IMG/VR virus record: IMGVR_UViG_3300037467_000294
Span: 1-61,157 of that record
Length of the DNA stretch: 61,157 nucleotides
DNA from: a virus
Taxonomy: Duplodnaviria > Caudoviricetes
Strand: one strand, 5' to 3'
The translations under genes and the position numbers were made by a program. Each line of letters starts with the position of its first letter. Positions within the stretch are counted from its first letter, which is position 1. This document shows positions 28,483 through 38,335 of the stretch, piece after piece. Under the pieces are notes generated by a model. It saw nothing but the letters and a program-made list of their open reading frames with translations. It was not told where the DNA came from and searched no databases.

Positions 28483-28511
28483 ATCTTACTTCCTACCGTT
28501 CAGTTTGTCAA
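28483..28511 (-). promoter_or_regulatory. Sigma70 promoter with the -10 inside an inverted repeat
   Basis: TTGACA-17 bp-TAAGAT. Confidence 0.7.
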
Positions 28512-28536
28512 GTGATACTACGAAAAAGCATGCTTT

Positions 28537-29910
28537 TTATCCTTGCTTCGCTGCTTCAAGCTGTGCGTAGATGCGCTCCGTAGTGTCTGCTACCAACTTG
28601 TCAGCTCGCACTTCACAGAAGATCGGTAAGGACAGCGCCGGTTTCTTCTTCCCGTCCCGGCTGGTAGTGATGTCGTTGGCTTCCACCATAACTACGCGGC
28701 CGATTATCTTCAGAGGGTCGTGCCAATACTCTTTACGCTGCTTGTCATCGAATCCACTTCCGCACGAACACTCAATTCCGTCGTCCTCGCTAATGATGTT
28801 GATGCCTCCGAGACTATCCTTCGCTTTGCCTTCGCCTTCGTAGATAGACACTACACGCATCTCCACTTGGAACTTGATCTTCAGCTTCACGATGTCCTTA
28901 GCAGTACCATCCTTCCACAGCGATGCCGGGTCTTTGATGATACAGCCTTCGAGGCCACGTTGCAAGTGCTGTTGGTAGATAGCGAACGCTTCTTCCAACG
29001 AGCTGACGATTTCCGTGAAGATGCCGGTAACGTGATCGCCACTGCCGCCGAACACAACAGATGCTTCCATGTGCTCAAAACGCTCTTCGTAAGGACGGGA
29101 AGACTTGCCAGCTTCAAATTCTGCCTGCGTCAGCATATCCCACGCTTCCATTCGTACGGAATACTTCGACAGGTCGAGTCGGTCGCCATCCTTCAGGACC
29201 GAGTTCAGCAGGCCGTTGGCAGTCTTACGTTCCACGGGCTTCGTCATACCTGCGTCGCAGCCGTCGAGGATTTCATCCACCAACAGTTCACCGACCAGAA
29301 CCTTGCCCGGAGCCAGTCCGTAGGTCAGCTTTTGAGCGAACCATTGCGGATACTTCGAGCCCTGCCGCGTGATGACATCCACGGTGCCGTCGAGACGCTT
29401 GACGACGTACGCGAACGAACCATCTGCCTTGGTCTGGACGTAGAAGCGCTTCAGTTTACCGAACCGTTCACGAGCCTTCGCATCCAGCAGCGAACAACGC
29501 TGGTACGGAGGGATGAAGTACAGGTCGGGCCACGTCTTCAGGACCATCGTATCGCCCACGGACGCACCGATGGAGCGCTTCAGCATCAGGCCCAGCAGCT
29601 CTTGCCCTTCCGGATTCAGCGCTGCGGCATGGCCTTTCAGACGGTTGATCGCTTCAGAGCCGGTGTACACACGGTTCGCCAGATGTTCCATGAGGCGCAT
29701 GTCAGCTTCCCCGAATTCAGCAGTAGCCGGACCCAGCTTTTCGTAACCCTTCGGCAGCTTCGATTGGTAGTAGTTGATACCTACGTCGTACACTGCCTTC
29801 ATGTACGCCTTGAAGTTCTCGTCGCCCTTATTGGCGTCGAGGATCGCTTGCTTGGCGATGTTGCCCTGAGCCGTTTGCAGGCTCTTGACGATGGTGTACG
29901 TATTGTTCAC
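28537..29910 (-). CDS. ATP-dependent DNA ligase
   Basis: KADG, GELL, EGCIIK, KLK, GSGF and LPIF. Confidence 0.93.
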   Translation of the reverse strand: MNNTYTIVKSLQTAQGNIAKQAILDANKGDENFKAYMKAVYDVGINYYQSKLPKGYEKLGPATAEFGEADMRLMEHLANRVYTGSEAINRLKGHAAALNPEGQELLGLMLKRSIGASVGDTMVLKTWPDLYFIPPYQRCSLLDAKARERFGKLKRFYVQTKADGSFAYVVKRLDGTVDVITRQGSKYPQWFAQKLTYGLAPGKVLVGELLVDEILDGCDAGMTKPVERKTANGLLNSVLKDGDRLDLSKYSVRMEAWDMLTQAEFEAGKSSRPYEERFEHMEASVVFGGSGDHVTGIFTEIVSSLEEAFAIYQQHLQRGLEGCIIKDPASLWKDGTAKDIVKLKIKFQVEMRVVSIYEGEGKAKDSLGGINIISEDDGIECSCGSGFDDKQRKEYWHDPLKIIGRVVMVEANDITTSRDGKKKPALSLPIFCEVRADKLVADTTERIYAQLEAAKQG

Positions 29911-30236
29911 TTCTTGCCTCCTTTACGCAGAATTTTAATCATGTTGTCCAGCATCAGGAAGCGCCACGCCTGAATCTGCTCTGGCGTCATCTTGTCCACA
30001 GCCAATCGGCCGAACTTCTCCCGCAACAGGCTGGTCATGAATACTTCACCTTGGAGATGGGCGTCCACAAGGTCTTCCAACTCTTTCGGGGTTTGCCCCT
30101 TGGGAGATGCCGCCGACAGAGCGTAGCACACCCACGTGTTCAAACCCTTTGGACGGATACCTTTACCATCCCACAGAAACTCCTTGGCCTTCTGGCAGAT
30201 GGCGATGAGTTCCGATTTGGTGTACGTACGGGACAT
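29907..30236 (-). CDS. Hypothetical protein
   Basis: Coupled ORF with GGAGG RBS. Confidence 0.7.
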   Translation of the reverse strand: MSRTYTKSELIAICQKAKEFLWDGKGIRPKGLNTWVCYALSAASPKGQTPKELEDLVDAHLQGEVFMTSLLREKFGRLAVDKMTPEQIQAWRFLMLDNMIKILRKGGKK

Positions 30237-30553
30237 TATGCAGCCTCCAGTTGTTCGGTGTAACGTGCGATCAGCGTATCGATCATTTCGATCCGGGCTG
30301 CTTCGACAATCGGGTCGTAGTTGTCGTAGTGCTTTCCGTTCTTGTCACTGAGCCAGTTCTGAACACCGAACGAGCCGTCGATGTACTTGTCGATATCCGC
30401 ACAGATCGCCTCGCCTGCCGGGGTCGTGCTGTAGTCCAGTTGGCAGTTGATGTTGTCGCAGACGTACGGCGAATCGTTGCTCTTGGCTTCGCGGAGTTCC
30501 TTCACTTCCTTGAGGATGTCGATCTGCTGTTGCAGTTGGTTCTTGTCGGTCAT
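30236..30553 (-). CDS. Hypothetical protein
   Basis: First gene of the arm; CCAACCAAGGAG leader. Confidence 0.75.
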   Translation of the reverse strand: MTDKNQLQQQIDILKEVKELREAKSNDSPYVCDNINCQLDYSTTPAGEAICADIDKYIDGSFGVQNWLSDKNGKHYDNYDPIVEAARIEMIDTLIARYTEQLEAA

Positions 30554-30652
30554 TGTTCACTCCTTGGTTGGTTGGTGTGATTCGCATTCTCCACGAAAAA
30601 TTTTTCCGTGTCAAGTAGGTAGTGCTACTTATTTTCGTTCCCGGCAGATTTT

Positions 30653-30708
30653 CGAAATTCGATTTGGAAATCAAAAGTCAGAATTTCAACATGGGCTGGG
30701 GAATTTTT
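30653..30708. repeat. 56-bp imperfect direct repeat, copy 1
   Basis: 47/56 identical and ungapped against 34033-34088. Confidence 0.85.
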
Positions 30709-31371
30709 CACTTCTTTCTTATATAGGTAGCTCTACCCCGCATACAAAACGTCGTACCATGTTGCTTACCTACATCAAATTTTTAGGTAAAGCAACTCCC
30801 ATCCTTATGATTGTTTCTCATAAGAAATATTGTAGGTAGTGTTGTATTTTTAATACGATATCTGCTGGTTTTGTTGGTTTCAAGCAATGCAGCAGCTACG
30901 AAACCTTACGGCTCCTTCAAAAGTTGCATAATTTTTAATCAAAATTCACCCTATTTGGGTAAGGGTGAAGTACCACCAACTTCTCATTTTACAACGAATT
31001 AGCGTGTACGACTCTGCGCACGATTAAAAATTCCTGTATGCATACACAGCATTTCTTAACACTGTTGTCCTTTGCTTATTAGCAATATGTACACAGGTAG
31101 CACTACGTACTTACCTAACTCGTTGATATGTAGGAGTCTTCTTACAAATTTGTTAATAGAAGTGTTACATCCGCATTACAGCGAAATTTATTTGCGATAC
31201 GTTGTATCTTCACAACGTCGTTATCATATTTTTATCAAAAAGGGCTAGCACGACTGCTTTTTCCCCTTGCATTCTTCTTCGCTATGTATAAACTTGAGTT
31301 GTCCGCTGCGATGCAGCACGAGACAAAGTTAAACCTTGTGTTCACTATCACCTTCTGTAAGGAGCAACATC

Positions 31372-32241
31372 ATGGCTACCGACATCCTCTGCCGTTTCGA
31401 CCCCGCACAACAAACTCCGGTCGTCTTTCTGCGTGATTCGATCAACGGCAACAAGGTTCAAGTGTGGAAAGGCACCGGGAAACCGGAGTACGTGCCGCTG
31501 GACTACTACAAGATGACCTCGCCCCTGTCTGCTGACGATGAACGCGTACTAATGGAACGCTTCAAACAGGCTACGGGCAAACAAGATCAAGTGATCCGCA
31601 TCACGCACCGTATGCCCCGTACTTCGCGTCCGCTCCCTAACATGCTGGCTGCTGCATCGGCCCCGGCGAGCGTAGTGAACGAAGAAAAGCCGCAGGCTAC
31701 GCAGCGCAAGACCAATGCCAAGCCCATCGACGCACAGAACGCTCCTAGCGGCCCTACAGGCGATCTTCCGCAAGCGGGCGAGGTTCCGGCTGCACTGCCT
31801 GCTACGACGGCTCCTACGGCCCCCGTAATCGATCCTAACGAGCCTCCTAGCGCTGCCATGTTCCGCCGTATCAAGGAACTGAACGCCCGCATGGCACAAC
31901 TAACGGAGACGATCCAGAACGCTACCACGGATTACGACGCGACGAAACAGGCGTGCAAGGAACTCACGGCAGAATTCGAACAGCAGATCGAACGCGAATC
32001 GCAGGAAGAGTTGCGCAAACGTAAGGAAATGCTGGCACAGGTGACGGGCCTGTCCGATCCACTCGCCACGGCTGCACAGGCATTGCATGACTCGGCAACG
32101 AAGCCAGCCGAACAACTCGCCGCCCCGGCAGAGCCCCCGAAGGATGAGCCGAAGGCAGACGCCCCAGCAGCACCGAAGGCTCGCCACATAGGCGGACGCG
32201 TCCAGCGTTCACCCGCACCAGCAGGTAAGGCCAAGAAATAA
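31372..32241 (+). CDS. Hypothetical protein with Pro/Ala linkers and a coiled coil
   Basis: Start MATDIL with AAGGAG RBS. Confidence 0.8.
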   Translation: MATDILCRFDPAQQTPVVFLRDSINGNKVQVWKGTGKPEYVPLDYYKMTSPLSADDERVLMERFKQATGKQDQVIRITHRMPRTSRPLPNMLAAASAPASVVNEEKPQATQRKTNAKPIDAQNAPSGPTGDLPQAGEVPAALPATTAPTAPVIDPNEPPSAAMFRRIKELNARMAQLTETIQNATTDYDATKQACKELTAEFEQQIERESQEELRKRKEMLAQVTGLSDPLATAAQALHDSATKPAEQLAAPAEPPKDEPKADAPAAPKARHIGGRVQRSPAPAGKAKK

Positions 32242-32456
32242 CCTAGCCGTTGTGCGGGACAGGATGATGTGATATCGTTGGATTTCCATCAACTCCTGTC
32301 CCCGACGACGTGCTATGAAAACTCTTCTCGACATCCCTGCCATCTGGCGCTCCGTGAACAAGCCGGTCCCGGCGTGGTATCGTCTCAACGTCTCCCTCGG
32401 CCTGTCCGTGTGGCGTCCTCGCAACAAATTCTCCGCTATCTGATTGCACAAACCCC

Positions 32457-32485
32457 TTGACGGGTTTTTTATTGGTCGCTACCAT
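32457..32485 (+). promoter_or_regulatory. Sigma70 promoter followed by GTAGCACTAC
   Basis: TTGACG-17 bp-TACCAT; -35 lies in a terminator hairpin. Confidence 0.65.
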
Positions 32486-32515
32486 ACGTAGCACTACTTA
32501 ACGACGAGGTATCAA

Positions 32516-33073
32516 ATGAAAATCGAATACAAGGGTTTCAGCATCACCCAAACTGGCGCTACTGGCAAATTCGTAGTGTCCCCGGATGCCACGGCATTCA
32601 ATCTGGACGGGTACGCTACCCTGAACAATGCCAAGGGCGCTATCACGAAGCATCTGAACAAAACCGCCCCTGTGGTAGAAATCGAAGGTTCCAACCTCAA
32701 GGCTCGTGTTATGAACGGCCTCAAGGAGAAGGCTATCGTCAAGAAGGTGAAGGCAGCTTCTAGCGACGACAAGGATCATGCCACATATACGGAACTGTCG
32801 GCTGCTGTGAAAGCTGATGCCGACCGCACCACAGCTCTTCTCCGCTACTACGGGCTCGTCGATATGACGGGCACTCCACGTAACAGAGACTACCGGAGCC
32901 GTAACAAACGCGAGGGCGGGTACGTCGGTAAAGTTAGCCTCAAATACATCGTGGAAGATGGTCCGTCCAACACTGCGATGCGCATCGGCCATATGCGGAG
33001 GGGTAAGCGCCCTTTGCTGCAAACTCTTCGGGAAGTATCCCGATACAATAAATCGCTCGATCAGGGCGAGTAA
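32516..33073 (+). CDS. Hypothetical basic protein
   Basis: 185-aa ORF with GAGG RBS. Confidence 0.75.
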   Translation: MKIEYKGFSITQTGATGKFVVSPDATAFNLDGYATLNNAKGAITKHLNKTAPVVEIEGSNLKARVMNGLKEKAIVKKVKAASSDDKDHATYTELSAAVKADADRTTALLRYYGLVDMTGTPRNRDYRSRNKREGGYVGKVSLKYIVEDGPSNTAMRIGHMRRGKRPLLQTLREVSRYNKSLDQGE

Positions 33074-33102
33074 TCTACCACATCCAAAACTAGGGAAATA
33101 CC

Positions 33103-33279
33103 ATGCAAGGCAATAGCAACTTCGAACGCATCCGCAAGAACTCCAACCAGCGCCCGCCGCGTGGCGAACAGCGTGAACAGCAGCCGCAACAGAAACGCGG
33201 CAAACAATGGTCACGTGAGAACGATAAGCGGGAACAATGGAGCGCCTTTGACGCTCAGTCCTTCAACTCGTTCCAGTAA
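33103..33279 (+). CDS. Small Arg/Gln-rich protein (58 aa)
   Basis: MQGNSNFERIRKN...; absent from the ORF track; followed by a terminator. Confidence 0.55.
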   Translation: MQGNSNFERIRKNSNQRPPRGEQREQQPQQKRGKQWSRENDKREQWSAFDAQSFNSFQ

Positions 33280-33366
33280 GTAGTGCTACCAACATACGGC
33301 CCCGCTATTGCGGGGCTTTTCTTTTTGTGCTACATTGTAGTCTCATCAACCTGAAGGAGAATTAGA

Positions 33367-33963
33367 ATGAATCTTACCGCTGCCGAACGTGACCTTCTCG
33401 CTAAGCGTGACACGATGCTCAGCCAAAGCGAGCGCATGATTATCTCGCAATCGCTGGACGACGTGGTGTACCGTGCGAAACTGGAAGGGTTGCGTCTACT
33501 GATTGACGACAACCTTACGAAGCTTGAGGCAGCGTTCGTTCGCTACCTGCTGACCTGTAAGGGCTTCGATACCAGCGTTGCAGAGAACGGTTTCCCGGCT
33601 CTGGACATCGACAAAACGCTCTGGAAAGATCAGCCGATGCACATCCGTGCAAAGAACGAGCGAAAGGTTGTGTATGCCCTCCTCACGCAAGCCGTAGAAG
33701 CTGGATTCAAGTTTGTGGACGTGTACGACGGTGAAGAACACGAGAAGGTGAGCAACGTCAAGGAAGCAATGGAAGTGGTATTCAACCTCGACATCTCGTA
33801 CGTCTGGATGTGCAAGGAAGGCTTCAAGAAACACTACCTGATGTTCGTACTGGGGAACGCGGAAGACGGCTCAGAAGCGCTCGCTGACTGGAGCTACACC
33901 GAGGGCGATCCTGACGGCTGGAATGCTCTTGTAGACGGTTTTGACGCGTCCAAGGTAGTGTAA
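33367..33963 (+). CDS. Hypothetical protein
   Basis: 198-aa ORF with AAGGAG RBS, followed by a terminator hairpin. Confidence 0.8.
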   Translation: MNLTAAERDLLAKRDTMLSQSERMIISQSLDDVVYRAKLEGLRLLIDDNLTKLEAAFVRYLLTCKGFDTSVAENGFPALDIDKTLWKDQPMHIRAKNERKVVYALLTQAVEAGFKFVDVYDGEEHEKVSNVKEAMEVVFNLDISYVWMCKEGFKKHYLMFVLGNAEDGSEALADWSYTEGDPDGWNALVDGFDASKVV

Positions 33964-34032
33964 CCAGATTCTGAAGATTTCGAAAAGAACGCCCCGGCCT
34001 GTGCTGGGGCGTTTTCGTTTCTGGACATTTCC

Positions 34033-34088
34033 CGAAATCCATTTTGGAAATCAAAAGTTGAAATTTCTACTGGGGCTGGGGAATTTTT
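34033..34088. repeat. 56-bp imperfect direct repeat, copy 2
   Basis: Matches 30653-30708. Confidence 0.85.
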
Positions 34089-34180
34089 GAAGCTCTTCTT
34101 AAAAGAACCTCGCCCGATCCACCCCCGAAAACGCCCAAAATGGTGCATCGCAGCAGAAAAGTTGCCGAGAATCAACGAAC

Positions 34181-34938
34181 TGTGGATAACCTGTTGACAA
34201 GCTGTGCACAACCCTTCCCGGCCTGTGGGCAACCTTGAAAAAGCACGTCCGTTCTGTGGATATGTTTCTCCTGTGACACGTTATCCACAGGCTATAGCCA
34301 AACGCCAATCATATGATGACGCCCGATAGCAATAGGCTATAGACTATCGAATCTTACATATCGATAGGTAACACTACTCCGCTCGCGCACTACGGCCGAT
34401 AGACCACTGTAGCAGGGTAGCAAGCAATATTGAATGGTATTGGACATACCCTGTAACGCTCGTGCATCCGTCTAGTGTCGTAAATAGCACTAGCTGACAC
34501 GCTGCTGGCCTATGCAATCTCTATGCCATGCGTTTTCAAGTCTTATATAAGACATAGGAGTTTGACAGTTTAACAACTCTTATATAAGAGTGGTCTTAGG
34601 TCTTATAGAAGAGTGGTTTGTAGTCTTATATAAGAGTTAAGTTGTTGATTTAAAAGGGAAAACATCGCTTCAACATCTGCCCGAATGCTCGTGATTTCAC
34701 ACATTCGCATGTAAATTTACAGATTTTCCAGCGCTGATTTACATAAATGACGAGTTATCCACAGATTTTTGAGTTATCCACATGCCGTTTAAACGCGTTT
34801 TAAGGGGGCGCCACGCCACGCGGCGGAACAGATGACAGCATGTGTACGTCGTCGCCCGCGTTGAAACGGGGGCCGTTTTAATCGATTTTAGAGGCATGTG
34901 GATAAGTACGGCTAGATACGTTCCTAGCTTGTGGATAA
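34181..34938. promoter_or_regulatory. Cluster of DnaA boxes
   Basis: Six perfect TTATCCACA/TGTGGATAA at 34181, 34281, 34755, 34774, 34897 and 34930, plus degenerate copies. Confidence 0.8.
34541..34636. repeat. Four copies of the palindrome TCTTATATAAGA
   Basis: Three exact copies and one TCTTATAGAAGA variant. Confidence 0.85.
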
Positions 34939-35416
34939 GTAGCACTACGTTCTGGCATATTCCTTGCTACGCGTGCGCGTGTGTCACGCGTGCGCATTTC
35001 TCTTTCAACGGGCCGCGTTCGTTCGTCTGTTACAAATTATTTTGTTCGGGGTATTGCGCATACCCTATTTTGTCGGCATAATCCTAATCACTGAGTCACA
35101 CAACGATGATTCAGGGAAGGGCGGAACGCTAGGGCGGACCGTCCAGCATGGATAGGTGGATACCTTGAAGAGCTGGACGGGATAAACGGGCAAGTATGCG
35201 GGCAGTCGGTTCTATAACAATTCATCAGTAGACAAACAATGGCGCTTTGGTTGACGCGTAACGACGGGATGTCGTGACAGTCAATAAGTACTAACGACGG
35301 GATGTCGTGAGAATAGCGCACAACACTAGGCACGCGGGATGCGTCCCTAGCTAGGTTGGCAAAACTAGGAACCGTTCGAAATAGCGGTTCCGAATTTGTC
35401 ACTTAGGAGCAATAAA

Positions 35417-35617
35417 ATGGGAATCGAAGCATTGAATAAATCGCAGTTGAAAGAGATTCAAAAACTCGCGATCTACTACAAATTAGAAATGCAAGACAGT
35501 GTGGCGCTAGGGCTGTCCGCGTTGATCCGATCGTCTCGCACTAAAGCGCAACGCGCTGCATTGCTGGAATATGCCGAGTTGTTCGGCGTGAAAGATCACA
35601 AAGAATTCATCATTTGA
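35417..35617 (+). CDS. Hypothetical early protein
   Basis: Start MGIEAL with AGGAG RBS. Confidence 0.7.
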   Translation: MGIEALNKSQLKEIQKLAIYYKLEMQDSVALGLSALIRSSRTKAQRAALLEYAELFGVKDHKEFII

Positions 35618-35829
35618 AAGGGTTGATATGTTCATTAACTGGGAAATTCATTTCTGGGAAATGTCCCCAGAGTTTCAAAACGCTGAAGATAAGCATTGTG
35701 ATAATCTTCCGCCGTCATTTGATGACGTGCTGTATTACGATTGCATGATGTTGTTTTTCGGACTGTGAAACATTCCAGATTAAAGCGCTACGGGTTAGCG
35801 CTTTTGTATGTGATGTTTAAACGGAGGGG

Positions 35830-36051
35830 TTGAAAATGAAAATTAGTCCTAATGGCGTTCTCGTCATTCTGATTATCGCACTTACCGCTTGCGTTGCTGG
35901 AGTTTGGGCGCTAGGTGAATTCGGTCAATGCTTTGACCGTGCAACGCAATTCAATATCGAATTCGCGTTATATGCTTTACCGTTCGTATGGCTGTTCGCT
36001 GCTATGTTCTTTGATACTGATTTTAAGAAAGGTAACAACAAATGCGACTGA
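35830..36051 (+). CDS. Hypothetical membrane protein
   Basis: Two hydrophobic segments; GGAGG RBS. Confidence 0.65.
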   Translation: MKMKISPNGVLVILIIALTACVAGVWALGEFGQCFDRATQFNIEFALYALPFVWLFAAMFFDTDFKKGNNKCD

Positions 36052-36260
36052 TTCAAATCATTCAACTACCTGACGCACCGAAAACTGGCCGTGCGGTAAA
36101 GATCAAAAAGGATAGCGAAACGGCCGAATATGTTTGCCAATTGTTTATTCAAGGCGGACATTACGAACCGGCCGATTATTTCACGCCTGATTACTTGGAT
36201 GCGCTAGAAACGGCGCGTGAAATGTGCAAACCCGTCGAAATGTCTAAAGTGTCCTCTTAG
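36042..36260 (+). CDS. Hypothetical protein
   Basis: ORF in the early operon. Confidence 0.7.
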   Translation: MRLIQIIQLPDAPKTGRAVKIKKDSETAEYVCQLFIQGGHYEPADYFTPDYLDALETAREMCKPVEMSKVSS

Positions 36261-36271
36261 GGAAAACCAAA

Positions 36272-36484
36272 ATGAGCTATTACGAAAAAGCCGTAACGAT
36301 GATTATCGACGGCAAGAATAAAACGAACAGCCAAAACAAAACGGAAATCGAACAAGCGCGAGCAATTCAACGCTCGTTAGGTATCAAGGTTGCGGCCCGT
36401 TACCTTGAAAAGCGTAATTGGTCGATTGATGCGGCATTGTGGGAATTGCTGCGCACTACTCAACGATTTGAACCAACAATTTAA
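36272..36484 (+). CDS. Hypothetical protein
   Basis: ORF in the early operon. Confidence 0.7.
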   Translation: MSYYEKAVTMIIDGKNKTNSQNKTEIEQARAIQRSLGIKVAARYLEKRNWSIDAALWELLRTTQRFEPTI

Positions 36485-36498
36485 TAAGGGGAATCAAA

Positions 36499-36783
36499 AT
36501 GGCAAAGCGTAAGACTAACGTGCAATTCGTGAAACACATCATGGAATTCTCGAATCACGGTGCGCTGATGCAAGCGTTCATAATGCAAGCGCTTGAACAG
36601 TATGCAAAATCCGTTGCATCCAAAAAGCCGGAACAATTGGACACGCCGATGGTATCCGGGCAAGCATGGCACGGATGCGCTACGGAATTGCTTGCGGGGT
36701 TGAATGAGCATTTCGAACGTCCGAAGCCTAAAACGCTAGCCGAAATGGAAGCGGAAAATACTGACGGATTCCGCAACCCGTAA
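36499..36783 (+). CDS. Hypothetical protein
   Basis: ORF in the early operon. Confidence 0.75.
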   Translation: MAKRKTNVQFVKHIMEFSNHGALMQAFIMQALEQYAKSVASKKPEQLDTPMVSGQAWHGCATELLAGLNEHFERPKPKTLAEMEAENTDGFRNP

Positions 36784-36852
36784 GAGCTAATCAGCTAATG
36801 CCGATGTTTGTATCAGTCGGCATTGTCGGACTAACTCAAAAGACACTATGCG

Positions 36853-37155
36853 ATGAAATTACTTTATTCAGACGGTGCGCCGAAAGGAATCACTTTCAGA
36901 CGGCACAAACAAAACCCGAATAGCTTTGTTATCCGGGTTAATGGCAACGGCTTTACTACTGACATCGGGGCGGATGCTAACAACATGCCCGAATGCTACG
37001 AAAAGGCGATAGACAAGCGTTTAGAGTTGCTTGGCATGCCGGACGATGCGGACGCATGGCAAACGCTTGCAAGCGCCTACGGTGCGTTCCTGACGCATTA
37101 CGGCGTGACTATCGAACCAGTGACTAACTACGAATTCAAAATAAAGGGGAAATGA
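36853..37155 (+). CDS. Hypothetical protein
   Basis: ORF in the early operon. Confidence 0.65.
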   Translation: MKLLYSDGAPKGITFRRHKQNPNSFVIRVNGNGFTTDIGADANNMPECYEKAIDKRLELLGMPDDADAWQTLASAYGAFLTHYGVTIEPVTNYEFKIKGK

Positions 37156-37424
37156 ACATGGAACTCCAAACTATGCGCACTATCCGGTCCGTTGTGAGTG
37201 GCGGACCTAACACTATGGAAATTATCTACGCCGTAGGCGCGTCGGACGACGGAAAATCTATCGTAGCTGCAACGGTATCGAAAACTGGCGAATTGCCTAC
37301 CAAGATTAAAACGCGACGGGGCGACACGATTAACGTATCCGATGATTCGCTTGAGGGGTTGATTATCGCCTTGCAAGCGATCAAATCCGCAATCGATCAA
37401 GGTACGCTTAAAAGGGGTAATTGA
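37152..37424 (+). CDS. Hypothetical protein
   Basis: Coupled ORF. Confidence 0.65.
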   Translation: MNMELQTMRTIRSVVSGGPNTMEIIYAVGASDDGKSIVAATVSKTGELPTKIKTRRGDTINVSDDSLEGLIIALQAIKSAIDQGTLKRGN

Positions 37425-37822
37425 CTATGCGCAATAATTCAATTCTCACTATGTCACAGTGGGAAGCACGCGTTAACGAACTCTTCAGCACGGCGATTAT
37501 CTGTTCCGTATCGCACGATAAACTTTTGCAAATGACGAATGAGCGTATCTATTCTGAATTGAACCGGAAATATGCAAATGGTCGGCGCGTATATCCGGCC
37601 TATATCAACGGATACATTCAAGGGTTAATGACTGTGCACCGTGCGAATCTGTATCGTCATCATCTGGAATTCTGTTACGACGTTGACGGCGTGATTTATT
37701 CCACGCACAGACAAACTACGCGAGCGCATACAACAGAGGAGTTTTACGCCGCTAACAAGGGGTATGTTTTGTGTAATGCAAAAGGCGCGCATTACTGGAA
37801 AGATTCTGATAAACAGTTTTAA
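37421..37822 (+). CDS. Hypothetical protein
   Basis: Coupled ORF. Confidence 0.7.
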   Translation: MTMRNNSILTMSQWEARVNELFSTAIICSVSHDKLLQMTNERIYSELNRKYANGRRVYPAYINGYIQGLMTVHRANLYRHHLEFCYDVDGVIYSTHRQTTRAHTTEEFYAANKGYVLCNAKGAHYWKDSDKQF

Positions 37823-37835
37823 TAGGAAACAAATC

Positions 37836-38333
37836 ATGAACGCTAAAGAAATCGAAAGCGCTATTGCGCAAAAGCTGGAAAGTCTGTTTATCACTTTCAG
37901 CGTTGTATATGCTGGTGAAACAGTGAAAGAAAATGATTGGAAATGCGACGCGTGGCGAATCACTTTCAAGCGTGGGGCGCAACACGCGTTTAAACAGTTC
38001 GATACTGACTACTTTACCGGCTTAGGTCATCGTAAATCGAAACTGAAACGTCCGCATTTCGTCAACCCTCGTTCTATTGCTGCTGCTGAATGGGACCGAA
38101 ATAACCTTAAACCTGTTGCCCCTAATGCCGCAAGCGTGTTGCATTCCGCTCTAATGGATGGGAAGGCAATCGAAACATCATTCAAATACTGGTGCGATGA
38201 ATACGATTATGATTCGGACAGTATTAGCGCATTTAATACGTATAACGCGTGTTGCGCTATCGGGGAAAAGGTTAATGCGTTCTTTTCCAGCACCGAACGC
38301 GAAGAGTTGGAAACACTTTTACAGGACTATTAA
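37836..38333 (+). CDS. Hypothetical protein
   Basis: Start MNAKEI with AGGA RBS. Confidence 0.75.
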   Translation: MNAKEIESAIAQKLESLFITFSVVYAGETVKENDWKCDAWRITFKRGAQHAFKQFDTDYFTGLGHRKSKLKRPHFVNPRSIAAAEWDRNNLKPVAPNAASVLHSALMDGKAIETSFKYWCDEYDYDSDSISAFNTYNACCAIGEKVNAFFSSTEREELETLLQDY

Positions 38334-38335
38334 TC

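Noticed and set aside
33964-35400. CRISPR array in the repeat-rich non-coding regions (also 42.8-44 kb)
   Set aside because: Repeats are 9-19 bp and irregularly spaced, without constant-length spacers, and no cas genes are present.
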